Part shown: positions 38,262 to 48,133 of the stretch, piece after piece
Numbering within the stretch: the stretch's first letter is position 1
How the letters are laid out: every line of letters starts with the position of its first letter
Assembly (NCBI GenBank): GCA_964519725.1
Contig: CAZFKS010000002.1
Span: forward strand, 49,325-113,324
Length of the DNA stretch: 64,000 nt
Source: an uncultured Gammaproteobacteria bacterium
Lineage (GTDB): Bacteria > Patescibacteriota > Patescibacteriia > Magasanikbacterales > UBA922
Direction: 5' to 3'
Notes under the pieces: generated by a model
What the model was told of the DNA's origin: nothing
The model's database searches: none
Seen by the model: the letters and a program-made list of their open reading frames with translations, nothing else
Position numbers and translations under genes: made by a program

Positions 38262-38951
38262 TTACTTTTTTCGAACAATACAGACGGGGGTTTGTTCAGA
38301 AGCTTGACCCAATGGGTTGTCTTTGAAAATTGCTGCCAAAATTTCAGTTGGAAATTTTTTATCTGACCGGCCTAAAATATTTACCCCTAGATCATTAGCA
38401 TCAATAATCACCACGTCAAAACCAGTATCAGACTTTAACTTGGCGGCCACTTTATCTGGATCTTTTGGACCGAGTTTGGCGTATTTATTATATGGCGGCA
38501 AAGTGTAGTCACACGGGCCATCAATGGCCGCAACGGTCCGCCCAACCACGCGGTAAAACATACCTTTTATGCCAAAGGGTTTGAAAAGTAGGTGTACAAA
38601 AATGCCCAGAAAAATTCGCGCATACCCAATTTCATTAATGGCCAGTTGCATGGTCCAGGGACTGCCCAGGCCAATTCCGTATGGAGATTTGTAAACTTTA
38701 GAAGATAAAAAAGTGGCCATTTTACTGACCTTAATTTCCGCAATTGGATAAGAGCGGCCCTGAGAAATGGCCACAATTTTTTCACTCATGAAAATTAAGT
38801 CACCAGGCTGTGCGTGCGGCAAAGCATACTGACGCAAAATCTCAGTTAAATTATCACCAATTTTAATGACATGGGTTTTAACGGGATACCGTTCGTATAT
38901 CGCATCACCAACTTTGATTTCTAAATTTTTGCCTGGGTTTGGGCTGAGCAT
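38262..38951 (-). CDS. CofE-like (F420-0:gamma-glutamyl ligase family) protein
   Basis: MSEKIVAISQG, AAIDG, VVIIDANDLG, DNPLGQ..EQTP. Confidence 0.75.
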   Translation of the reverse strand: MLSPNPGKNLEIKVGDAIYERYPVKTHVIKIGDNLTEILRQYALPHAQPGDLIFMSEKIVAISQGRSYPIAEIKVSKMATFLSSKVYKSPYGIGLGSPWTMQLAINEIGYARIFLGIFVHLLFKPFGIKGMFYRVVGRTVAAIDGPCDYTLPPYNKYAKLGPKDPDKVAAKLKSDTGFDVVIIDANDLGVNILGRSDKKFPTEILAAIFKDNPLGQASEQTPVCIVRKK

Positions 38952-38953
38952 AC

Positions 38954-39268
38954 TTATTTTGCTGCACGTTGTAATTGTTTGATTTCCTCTGTGTGTTTTT
39001 CCAAGATATTACTGTGTTCACGCAACCGATGGCTGTGCATGGTTTGTTCCTGATCAGATTTCATATGCGCACAAGTTAGCCCATCAACTAGTGCTAAAAT
39101 TTCATTCTTATCTTGTTTAGTCATCATGTTTTCTTTTATCTCTTTGACATCAGTTCGCAGTTCAACAATAGCGATAGCAAAATTATCCATGATCTCCTCA
39201 TGGGTTTGCTGTTTAGTGTCAATTTCATTAATTTTTTTCCAGGCCTCAGCCAGGGTGATCTTAGTCAT
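38954..39268 (-). CDS. Coiled-coil hypothetical protein
   Basis: Heptad pattern; SD AAGGAG. Confidence 0.65.
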   Translation of the reverse strand: MTKITLAEAWKKINEIDTKQQTHEEIMDNFAIAIVELRTDVKEIKENMMTKQDKNEILALVDGLTCAHMKSDQEQTMHSHRLREHSNILEKHTEEIKQLQRAAK

Positions 39269-39434
39269 ACTCCGCTCCTTGAAGTTAATAATAAGTACTA
39301 GTTATTTTACTCTGTTTTTACGCTTTTGTCAATGTAAATTTTTGCGCTAAATATGCACGCTTTGGGTTGACAAAAGACTTAAAAAATGATTTAAGTGGCG
39401 CATCGGTTGGCGGGTTCCGCCTATAGGAGTGCAG

Positions 39435-39751
39435 ATGAACAAGACGATTGTGGTCGAGTTTTTCCTGATCGGGGGAGGAAACGACGAAGACCTGTGAAGG
39501 CGTGGACGATTTCGACGATCCGTGCCTCCTGCCGGCCAAATACGCTGCCAAGTACAGGGACATGGAAAAAACATGTTGTGTACGTGAGCAGTGTGGAGAG
39601 CAGGTGGGTGCTTCTCTGCTCCTCACAGCGGTGTCGCGGCGGGTCCCAATCGGGAGACTTCCTGCGCCCAAGAAGGGTACGTCTACCTGACCGAGAGTTC
39701 GGCGACCCCATGCCCGTCCGGGTGTGCGTGGTCGCCGAGCGTCTCACTTAA
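39435..39751 (+). pseudogene. GC-rich orphan gene apparently split by a -1 frameshift
   Basis: SD AGGAG plus ATG 39435 gives only 20 aa; the -1 frame is open to 39751; T5 and G5 runs at 39459-39475. Confidence 0.5.
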
Positions 39752-40599
39752 TCCATTCTTTCCACCCAGTGGCGATCAAGTTCAACTTCAAGTTCTAGGA
39801 AAATTTTTGTGTTCAAAGCCTGCTCTAATTCGCGGCGCGCCATTTGTCCAATTTCTTTGATCCGACTGCCGCGTTCACCAATAATAATTCGTTTGTAACG
39901 TTCTTCGTCTGTTAAAATTTTGGCCGTAATTACCATTAAGCCATCTTTTTCTTCAATGTTTTCTGTTTCAACGGTAATTGAATACGGCACTTCTTTGTCT
40001 AACACGGAAAAAACTTTTTCACGAATCAATTCTGAGACCCAGAAATAATTGTGAACATTGGTCAGTTGTCCTTCTGGATACACCGGATCACCTTCTGGTA
40101 ACAAGCTCACAATTTTTTGTTTGAGCGGATCAATGTGACTGCCGCGGAGAGCTGACAGGGCATACACGGCATTGAAATCTCGGCCCATGGCCTCGTACTC
40201 AGCTTGGTGTTTGCGTTCATCTTGCGGTAAATCGCTTTTGTTAATGACTAGTACTTTTGGGGTTTGTAAGTGGCGAATTAAACCAAAGGTAAACCGTTCT
40301 TCAGCCCCAATTTCCCGGGTTGGGTCAACTACATAAATAATAACATCCACGCCGTCCAAAGCTTCTTGGGCTTTGTTAATTAATTTGGCCGTAAGTGAAC
40401 TTTTTTTATCTTTAAAAATTCCGGGGGTATCAACAAAAACTACCTGGCCTTCAGGGGTATTAGTGACGCCGTGAATAATGTCCCGAGTCATTTGCGCGCG
40501 AAAACTAGTGGCCGCAATTTTGGTGCCCACAAGTGTGTTAAGAAGGGTCGATTTACCGACATTAGACCGGCCAATCAAAATGGCAAAGCCAGATTTCAT
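39748..40599 (-). CDS. era: GTPase Era
   Basis: GRSNVGKSTL, DTPG, NKSD, KH domain IIIGERG. Confidence 0.95.
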   Translation of the reverse strand: MKSGFAILIGRSNVGKSTLLNTLVGTKIAATSFRAQMTRDIIHGVTNTPEGQVVFVDTPGIFKDKKSSLTAKLINKAQEALDGVDVIIYVVDPTREIGAEERFTFGLIRHLQTPKVLVINKSDLPQDERKHQAEYEAMGRDFNAVYALSALRGSHIDPLKQKIVSLLPEGDPVYPEGQLTNVHNYFWVSELIREKVFSVLDKEVPYSITVETENIEEKDGLMVITAKILTDEERYKRIIIGERGSRIKEIGQMARRELEQALNTKIFLELEVELDRHWVERMD

Positions 40600-40670
40600 A
40601 GAGTATAGGATTTACGGGTAGTTTAGCGCATTCTTGCCTTTTTTTCAACCCCTTGCTACTATGGGTTTAT

Positions 40671-41117
40671 ATGAAGGTAATCTTCCTAGCTGATGTCAAA
40701 GGAACCGCGAAAAAAGGCGAAATTAAAGAGGTTTCGGATGGTTTTGCGCGGAATTTTTTGTTTAAAGGAAATTTAGCCAAACCAGCCACGGCTGGGGCCG
40801 TGAGCGAGCTAAACGCCATGGCTGCCCGCAAGCAAAAAGATGATGAGGCTGAATTACGGCGGTTTCAGCGCGAGGCGGCCCGGCTCGATGGCCAAGAAGT
40901 CTATGTGGTAGAAAAAACAACGGCCGAAGGCAAGCTCTATGCCGCAGTTACAGGCACACACCTGGCCGCAGCGATCAAGAGTCAGATTGGGGCTGTGGTT
41001 GATCCCAAAATTATCAAGACCATAAAACCAATTAAAACCCTCGGCACCCACACTTTTATTGTCAGCTTTCCACACGGGCTCGACGCTGAGCTAACTGTTA
41101 CTGTCTCTGACACCTAA
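40671..41117 (+). CDS. rplI: 50S ribosomal protein L9
   Basis: [19 protein letters not shown]; promoter TTGCCT-17-TACTAT 8 nt upstream. Confidence 0.95.
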   Translation: MKVIFLADVKGTAKKGEIKEVSDGFARNFLFKGNLAKPATAGAVSELNAMAARKQKDDEAELRRFQREAARLDGQEVYVVEKTTAEGKLYAAVTGTHLAAAIKSQIGAVVDPKIIKTIKPIKTLGTHTFIVSFPHGLDAELTVTVSDT

Positions 41118-41148
41118 TAATCCACTGTCCCTAGTGGATTTTTTAATT

Positions 41149-42522
41149 ATGAAAATTTGGCCAATAATTAAAGCGCAAAAAAATATTTTGGGAATTGGGC
41201 TGCTCGCGCTCATTATTTTTTTACTGACTTGGCATGGTTTTTTTACTGGATATGAAAAAGAAACTTGGGAATCGGCTGAGGCGTGGATGAGCGGTAGTTA
41301 TACAGTGCGGCGTGGTGGGCCAGTGGCGGTTCTAATGTATCTGCCGTTTGTATTTTTGGCGCGGATAATTCCTGCGCTTCATACTGAAAGATTTTTTACG
41401 TTAGTGCCAGTGATTTATTCGGCCGTGCAAGTAATGGTGTTGTATGTAATTGCGAAGAAAATTGGGGTAGCAGAAAAGACCGCGGGCATTTGGGCCCTGC
41501 TGACTACACTTGCGTGCGGAGTGTGGGTGTATGCTAATGCGGGAATGGAATATCAGGCGGGTTTGTGGATTAGTGTTTTAGTTTTAACCTTTCTTAATTG
41601 GCAAGAAAAAAAGGGGCTGGCGTGGTTGCCATCACTGGCCATGGCCGGGGTGCTTGGTACTAAAGCCTACATGGTTGCACTAGGTTTACCATATTTAATA
41701 TTTTTTGCAGTTACTTTTTACAATCGAGGTGAGCGCCGTAAATTTTGGTCAATTAAATTTTTAATTAGCGCTGGCCTCATTCCTGGTTTATTTTTAGCTT
41801 TAAATTTACTGATTAATTGGTATTTGTACGGTCGGTTATCCGGGTCATACCGCGCTGGTGGTGAATTTCAAATTTGGGAATGGTGGGAGGGTTTTTACGG
41901 GATTTTTTTCTCAGCTAGTAAAAATATTTTTCTGTACGCGCCACTGTTAATTCCAACTTTTTGGCTGTGGCCAAAATTTTATCAAGAGCAAAAAAGCCTG
42001 GCCTGGTTTGTGATTGCTAGTACTATTTTATTAGGGGTAATTAATTTACCATTTAGTTACTGGACTGATGAAACCTGGGGTGTACGAAAATTCATACCAA
42101 TCCTACCCCTTTTACATTTGCCCCTATTATTTTTGGTTAGAGACTGGACGCAAAAAAATAGGTTTAAAAAAGTAGTGATAATTGGCTTATTAACCATGGC
42201 TCTGTACATTAATTTTTTAGGTGCGGCCTACACCTATAGTCGCCAGTTATTTTTAGCGCGGCAAGCCGGGATTGATTCACTGACCACCATGCGCTACTTG
42301 CCGCAGTGGTCACATCCGGTTTTATTTCACCAATTGTTTAGCTCATATTTAAGTCAGTTGGTGAGTGGCCAAGACAAGGTAAAGACGTACCATGAGAGTA
42401 CCTGGATGCGCTGGTTAGAGCCGGGAAATTATGATATAATCGTGCGGAATGTACGGCTCCCGCTTGGGGAATATGATGAGCCATCAATTTTTTGGATTCA
42501 TTACTTTTTTAATAATAATTAA
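41149..42522 (+). CDS. Polytopic membrane protein (GT-C-like)
   Basis: About 11 TMs, WGVRKFIP motif. Confidence 0.65.
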   Translation: MKIWPIIKAQKNILGIGLLALIIFLLTWHGFFTGYEKETWESAEAWMSGSYTVRRGGPVAVLMYLPFVFLARIIPALHTERFFTLVPVIYSAVQVMVLYVIAKKIGVAEKTAGIWALLTTLACGVWVYANAGMEYQAGLWISVLVLTFLNWQEKKGLAWLPSLAMAGVLGTKAYMVALGLPYLIFFAVTFYNRGERRKFWSIKFLISAGLIPGLFLALNLLINWYLYGRLSGSYRAGGEFQIWEWWEGFYGIFFSASKNIFLYAPLLIPTFWLWPKFYQEQKSLAWFVIASTILLGVINLPFSYWTDETWGVRKFIPILPLLHLPLLFLVRDWTQKNRFKKVVIIGLLTMALYINFLGAAYTYSRQLFLARQAGIDSLTTMRYLPQWSHPVLFHQLFSSYLSQLVSGQDKVKTYHESTWMRWLEPGNYDIIVRNVRLPLGEYDEPSIFWIHYFFNNN

Positions 42523-42527
42523 TACCT

Positions 42528-44156
42528 ATGGCTAAAAAAACTCCCAAATTTATTTTCGTGGTTGGTGGTGTTTTGTCTGGAGTGGGGAAGGGTGTAACGA
42601 CTGCTTCCTTGGGGGCAATTTTTAAAGCTAAAGGTCTTAAGGTTACGGCTCTCAAAGCTGATCCGTACATTAATGTGGATGCTGGGACCATGAATCCAAT
42701 TGAACACGGTGAGGTATTTGTCACTGATGATGGTGATGAAACTGACCAAGACATGGGGAATTATGAACGGTTTTTAGATGTTGATTTGAGTAGTAATGAT
42801 TACATGACCACAGGCCGGGTGTATCAAAGCGTAATTGATAATGAACGAGCCATGAAATACAAAGGGCGGTGTGTGCAAGTAGTGCCTCATATTCCTGAGG
42901 AAATTATTCGTCGGATTAAAACTGCAGCGATGAATCATAAAGCCGATGTAACGATTGTAGAAGTGGGTGGAACGGTAGGTGAGTATGAAAATATTTTATT
43001 CCTCGAAGCCGCGCGGATGATGAAGTTGGAAACTCCAGCTGATGTGGCGTTTGTGCTGGTTTCTTATTTACCAACCCCATCACATTTGGGCGAAATGAAA
43101 ACCAAACCAACGCAACACGCGGCCCGCGCACTAAATAGTGTAGGTATTAATGCGGATATTATTATTGCACGTGGCCAACATGAACTGGATCAGCCGCGCC
43201 TAGAAAAATTGGCAGTATTTTGTGGAGTAAAACCAGAAAATTGTATTTCGGCGCCTGATGTGCCATCAATTTATCGCATTCCACTAGTATTAGAAGAACA
43301 AAAATTAGGTAATAAATTACTACAGATTTTGGGACTCAAAGCTTTACCAACCAAACTAAAACCCTGGACTGACTTTGTTTCTAAAATTGAACATTCTAAA
43401 AAAGAAGTTAAGGTTGCAGTGGTGGGAAAATATTTTGCGACCGGTGATTTTACTTTGGCTGATTCATATCACTCAGTGATTGAGGCCATTAAACACGCGG
43501 CCTGGTTCCACAATCGCAAACCAGTTTTGACCTGGATTGATTCAGAAGATTTTGAACGTGACCCAAAATCTGTAAGTAAACTGAAAAATTTTGATGGGTT
43601 AATTGTACCAGGTGGTTTTGGTACGCGTGGCATTGAGGGAATTATTACGGCGATTAAATTTGCGCGCGAAAGTAAAATGCCATATCTGGGAATTTGTTAT
43701 GGTATGCAGCTCGCTTCAATTGAATTTGCCCGGAATGTTTTGGGCAAGAAAAAAGCCCACACGGTTGAAGTTGATCAAAAAACGCCTGATCCAATTATTC
43801 ATATTAATCCGCAACAAGCAAAAAATGTGAGCGCGAATCGTTACGGGGGGACTATGCGTCTTGGGGCCTATGAGGCTAAGCTCAAAAAAGGCAGTAAAAT
43901 TCGGGCCGCTTATGGTGCGGACGTGGTTTCAGAACGTCACCGTCATCGCTATGAATTTAATAATGATTACCGGGAAATGATTGATAAAGCGGGCCTCGAA
44001 ATTGTGGGGGTTAATCCAGATACGGATTTAGTCGAAATGATTGAACTTAAAAATCATCCATATTTTGTGGGTACGCAATCACATCCAGAATTTAAATCTC
44101 GGCCAATGCGTCCACACCCATTATTCCGTGAATTTATCAAAGCGGCGATTAAATAG
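42528..44156 (+). CDS. pyrG: CTP synthase
   Basis: GGVLSGVGKG, DPYINVDAGTM, KTKPTQH, GICYGMQ, ERHRHRYE, HPEF. Confidence 0.98.
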   Translation: MAKKTPKFIFVVGGVLSGVGKGVTTASLGAIFKAKGLKVTALKADPYINVDAGTMNPIEHGEVFVTDDGDETDQDMGNYERFLDVDLSSNDYMTTGRVYQSVIDNERAMKYKGRCVQVVPHIPEEIIRRIKTAAMNHKADVTIVEVGGTVGEYENILFLEAARMMKLETPADVAFVLVSYLPTPSHLGEMKTKPTQHAARALNSVGINADIIIARGQHELDQPRLEKLAVFCGVKPENCISAPDVPSIYRIPLVLEEQKLGNKLLQILGLKALPTKLKPWTDFVSKIEHSKKEVKVAVVGKYFATGDFTLADSYHSVIEAIKHAAWFHNRKPVLTWIDSEDFERDPKSVSKLKNFDGLIVPGGFGTRGIEGIITAIKFARESKMPYLGICYGMQLASIEFARNVLGKKKAHTVEVDQKTPDPIIHINPQQAKNVSANRYGGTMRLGAYEAKLKKGSKIRAAYGADVVSERHRHRYEFNNDYREMIDKAGLEIVGVNPDTDLVEMIELKNHPYFVGTQSHPEFKSRPMRPHPLFREFIKAAIK

Positions 44157-44169
44157 AAGTTTAAAAATA

Positions 44170-44201
44170 ATAATAAAACCCCTGAAAAGGGGTTTTATTA
44201 T
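44170..44201 (+). terminator. Terminator after pyrG
   Basis: TAATAAAACCCC-TGAAAA-GGGGTTTTATTA. Confidence 0.72.
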
Positions 44202-44247
44202 TGACTTTTTTTAAAAATTATATTATAAGATGTTTGAGGAGGTTGGC

Positions 44248-44643
44248 ATGGTTCTAGTTCTTATCATCCTGTTTCTGTTGGCTGTCGGCGCAAACTTGCT
44301 GGGGTACATTCTGATGGCCATTCCCTTCATTGCGAAGTTCGCGATGATGGCTGTGGCAGGTCTGATCTACGGGATCTTCATGTTCTTCAGCTCTGTCTTT
44401 GCCCTGTTCATGAAAGGAGAAGTTCAGGGTCGTCTAGATGTCCACCCGGACATTCAACCCGCTGAACCAGAGACGTTCATCGAGGTGCGCCCAGAGTGGC
44501 TGCACGAGGAAGGTGCTCCAGGAGATGTTCCAGAAAAAGGATCAGCTGCTCCGGATCTGAAGAGTACGATCATCGCGTTGAGCTGGATCATTCTGGGGCT
44601 GGGAGCCGTCACTGTGCTTCTAATGCTCTTCATTCACTCCTAG
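44248..44643 (+). CDS. GC-rich orphan membrane protein
   Basis: SD GAGGAGG 5 nt before ATG 44248; upstream TTGACT; 3 TMs; 3' hairpins. Confidence 0.68.
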   Translation: MVLVLIILFLLAVGANLLGYILMAIPFIAKFAMMAVAGLIYGIFMFFSSVFALFMKGEVQGRLDVHPDIQPAEPETFIEVRPEWLHEEGAPGDVPEKGSAAPDLKSTIIALSWIILGLGAVTVLLMLFIHS

Positions 44644-44763
44644 GTTCGGGGTTTAGGCGGAGCACAAACAGAAAGGAGGTGCCGCTTAAATTTTTTAATG
44701 AAAATTAGAAAGTTTAAGCGGTTTTTTGCTTTATGAGGTAAAATTTGGTAGTGTAGGTCTACT

Positions 44764-45855
44764 ATGAAAGCTTCCAATTACACTATTTATTCGACAACTG
44801 AAGAAGCCTGGGACGCAATGCTTGGCGCAATTCAGGCTGCGGAAAAATCTATTTACTGGGAAGTGTACATGCTCGCTGACGATGAAACTGGGAATAAATT
44901 TTTTGAAGTGCTAAAAACCAAAGCTCAGGCCGGGGTGGATGTAAAATTGATTGTTGATTATTGGGGTAGTTTGGCTTTATCAAATAAAAAAATCACCGAA
45001 CTGCGCGCAGCGGGAATTGATATCCGACGGTTTGAGGATCGCAAACGTCACCACTTAATTTGGTGGGGATTCTTTTCATCACGCACCCACCGAAAAATTT
45101 TGATTATTGATGAAAAGGTTGGATTTATTGGTGGAGTAAACGTGCGTCACTTTATGAAAAATTGGCGCGACATTCACGTGCGGGTGGAAGGAAAAATTGT
45201 GCGATCGCTCTTGCGTTCATTTGCTAAGTCTTACATTATTTGTGGCGGCGATCGGGGAGCGGTTCGTCCGTTTTTGAAATACCGTTACCGGGTCATGAAA
45301 AGTCAATTTGATTTAGTGACTGATGAACCAGACACCAATAAATCATGGGTTAAAGACAATTATGTGCGGGCCTTAAATCGTGCGCGCGAACGAGTAATTT
45401 TATTTTCGCCATATTATTTTCCCGATCGGGATTTTTTGGCTGCGCTCTATGATGCCAAAAAACGTGGCGTGCGTTTAGATTTATTAATTCCACTCCGAAC
45501 TGATTTGCGCATTGCTACTTATGCCGCGTTTGCCTGGTTTGCGCTGATGCGTAAAATGGGTGTCAATGTGCACATTACGCCACACATGATGCATGGTAAG
45601 GGGATCGTAGTTGATGATAATTGGGCCATGATTGGGAGTAGTAATATTGACCAACCAAGTTTTTTTTACAATCATGAAGCGAATATTAGCAGCAAAGACC
45701 GCGGTTTTGTGGGTCAATTAAAAACAATTTTGGAAGGCTGGATTAAAGAAGCTGAGCCAGTGACTAAAAATTTAGAAAAGCGCAGCTGGTGGCGCAAAAC
45801 CAAAGAACGGCTAGCTCTAAAGCTATACCGGTGGTGGTTTGGAATTAAAGAATAG
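44764..45855 (+). CDS. cls: Cardiolipin synthase / phospholipase D family
   Basis: Two HKD motifs: HRKILIID and HGKGIVVD. Confidence 0.88.
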   Translation: MKASNYTIYSTTEEAWDAMLGAIQAAEKSIYWEVYMLADDETGNKFFEVLKTKAQAGVDVKLIVDYWGSLALSNKKITELRAAGIDIRRFEDRKRHHLIWWGFFSSRTHRKILIIDEKVGFIGGVNVRHFMKNWRDIHVRVEGKIVRSLLRSFAKSYIICGGDRGAVRPFLKYRYRVMKSQFDLVTDEPDTNKSWVKDNYVRALNRARERVILFSPYYFPDRDFLAALYDAKKRGVRLDLLIPLRTDLRIATYAAFAWFALMRKMGVNVHITPHMMHGKGIVVDDNWAMIGSSNIDQPSFFYNHEANISSKDRGFVGQLKTILEGWIKEAEPVTKNLEKRSWWRKTKERLALKLYRWWFGIKE

Positions 45856-46282
45856 AGCCAGAAATGGTACGGCCAGTTTCCGTGACTTCGAATTTCAATT
45901 CAGAATATTCATAATTATCCAGCACCAGCTGGATTTTAGCTGGCCATTCAACAACCACTAAAGTGTCTGGCTCACCCAAATAATCTTCAGCCCCAACAGT
46001 GATAATCTCATCTGGTGACTCAAGACGATACGCATCGATGTGGACCAAGGTTTTAATTCCTTGAATTACTACCGGCAATTCATACACATTCATGATCGCA
46101 AAAGTCGGACTAGTAATAGTTTTTTTAATTCCAAAGGCTTCAGCTAAACCTTTGGTAAACGTTGTTTTGCCAGCCCCAAGATCACCAGATAAAGCCAAAA
46201 TTTGCCCACCAGTTAATTTGGCAGCAACTTTTTTGGCTAGGGCCAAAGTCTCAGCTTCGGTTTTAATAATTACGTCAGACAT
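45845..46282 (-). CDS. tsaE: tRNA threonylcarbamoyladenosine biosynthesis ATPase
   Basis: GDLGAGKTT, SPTF, HIDAYRL, VEW. Confidence 0.95.
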   Translation of the reverse strand: MSDVIIKTEAETLALAKKVAAKLTGGQILALSGDLGAGKTTFTKGLAEAFGIKKTITSPTFAIMNVYELPVVIQGIKTLVHIDAYRLESPDEIITVGAEDYLGEPDTLVVVEWPAKIQLVLDNYEYSELKFEVTETGRTISGSIL

Positions 46283-46283
46283 G

Positions 46284-47555
46284 TTAGCGAGGAAGCGGGA
46301 AGCTCTGACATAGGTCAGTAACTTCACTGTGAATTTTACTGAGTTCACTTTCATTCTCAACATTCGCAAGTGCACGGTCAATAAATCCGGCCACAATTTT
46401 CATTTCCGCTTCTTTCATGCCGCGGGTGGTGAGAGCTGGTGTACCAAGCCGAATTCCAGATGGGTCAAATGGTGAGCGCGGATCAAATGGCACTGTGTTT
46501 TTATTGACTGTAATCCCGGCTTTGGCCAGTGCACTTTCCGCAATTTTCCCTGGAATATTTTTATTGGTCAAATTAATCAACATCAGGTGAGTGTCAGTGC
46601 CACCAGTCACAATTTCAAAACCTTTACTCATCAGCTCGCTGGCCAAAGTTTTGGCATTCGTTATAATTTGCTGCGCGTACACTTTGAACTCTGGTTGCAT
46701 AGCTTCTTTGAGTGCCACGGCAATGGCGGCCGTTTGGTGATTGTGTGGGCCACCTTGTAATCCCGGAATAATCGCGCGGTCAATTAGTGACGGCAAATTT
46801 TCACGCGTGCGCTCCACTTTTTTAGTTGGTGTACTTGGTAGACCATTACACAGAATCATGGCGCCGCGTGGACCACGAAGTGTTTTGTGAGTAGTGGTGG
46901 TCACAACATCAGCAATGCCAACTGGATTTGGGTGCACGCCACCAGCCACCAGCCCAGCCACATGGCTCATGTCCGCGAGCATATAGGCGCCTACTTCGTC
47001 TGCAATTTCTTTGTACGTGGCCCAATCATACTGGCGAGAATACGCGCTGCCACCAGTGACTAAAATCTTTGGTTTAAATTCATGAGCCATGGCCCGCATT
47101 TTATCAATATCAATCAGACCATCAGGGGTGCAAGTGTACAAAACACTGTTGTAAAAGCGGCCAGAAAAATTTAATTTGAGGCCATGGGTCATGTGTCCGC
47201 CGTGATACAAATCAAGGCCCATGAGCGTGTCGCCGGGATCTAGGAGCGCAAAATAAACTGCAATGTTAGCCGGACAACCTGAGTGTGGTTGGACATTCGC
47301 ATGCGTCGCGCCAAATAATTCTTTGGCCCGGTCGCGGGCTAAATTTTCCACAACATCAACATTTTCACAACCACCATAGTAGCGCATGCCTGGGTAACCT
47401 TCGGAATATTTGTCAGTGAGCCGTGAGCCAAGGGCTTCCAGTACAGCGCCAGAGGTGTGATTTTCTGATGGAATCATTTCGAGGCCTTCACTTTGGCGGG
47501 TAATTTCTTTTTGAATCAGGTTAAAAATATCTGGGTCTTGGGTTTGTAGGGCCAT
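46284..47555 (-). CDS. glyA: Serine hydroxymethyltransferase
   Basis: IPSEN, KYSEGYPG.RYYGG, TTTTHKTLRGPRG, SGIRLGTP. Confidence 0.98.
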   Translation of the reverse strand: MALQTQDPDIFNLIQKEITRQSEGLEMIPSENHTSGAVLEALGSRLTDKYSEGYPGMRYYGGCENVDVVENLARDRAKELFGATHANVQPHSGCPANIAVYFALLDPGDTLMGLDLYHGGHMTHGLKLNFSGRFYNSVLYTCTPDGLIDIDKMRAMAHEFKPKILVTGGSAYSRQYDWATYKEIADEVGAYMLADMSHVAGLVAGGVHPNPVGIADVVTTTTHKTLRGPRGAMILCNGLPSTPTKKVERTRENLPSLIDRAIIPGLQGGPHNHQTAAIAVALKEAMQPEFKVYAQQIITNAKTLASELMSKGFEIVTGGTDTHLMLINLTNKNIPGKIAESALAKAGITVNKNTVPFDPRSPFDPSGIRLGTPALTTRGMKEAEMKIVAGFIDRALANVENESELSKIHSEVTDLCQSFPLPR

Positions 47556-47623
47556 ATTTTTTGAGATAATAAAAAAGAGTTTGGTTTACTTTGATATTTA
47601 TTTAAATTCGAGTGACTCAAAAA

Positions 47624-48028
47624 TCATAGTAGATCTTTGGTAATCTCAATAACATTTGGGGCGGTGTTGGGTGGTAATTGATTGAGTGGAAACCAACCCC
47701 ATTCGAGAGTCTCGGGTCCTGGTGTAATTTCACCAATTCGTTCAGCCAAAAAATGTGCTAAAATCGCGAGCTTACTTGCATCATCAGGTCGTTTCACAAT
47801 TAACGTGCGAAGTGGTTTGATAATCTTAATGGCAATACCCAATTCTTCCTGGGCTTCACGCGTACAGTTTTCTTCCAAGCTCGTACTAAAATCATCAACC
47901 GTTCCGCCGGGAAACATCCAAAAATTAGCTCCGTTGCCTTCAGTTTCAAATTCGCGGTTTAGTAAAACTTGGCCATTTTCTATAATGACTGGACCGGCAG
48001 CAATAATGGTGTTTGGGGGTAGGTACAT
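47624..48028 (-). CDS. Nudix hydrolase
   Basis: WMFPGG...REAQEELG. Confidence 0.88.
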   Translation of the reverse strand: MYLPPNTIIAAGPVIIENGQVLLNREFETEGNGANFWMFPGGTVDDFSTSLEENCTREAQEELGIAIKIIKPLRTLIVKRPDDASKLAILAHFLAERIGEITPGPETLEWGWFPLNQLPPNTAPNVIEITKDLL

Positions 48029-48133
48029 AAACAAACTGTTCCCTGTATGGTACCATTCCTGGAATAAGGCCGCAAATCCTGCTTTAACTTGGGCAAACTA
48101 ACTAAAACCGGTATAATTCTGAGTATACTTTCT

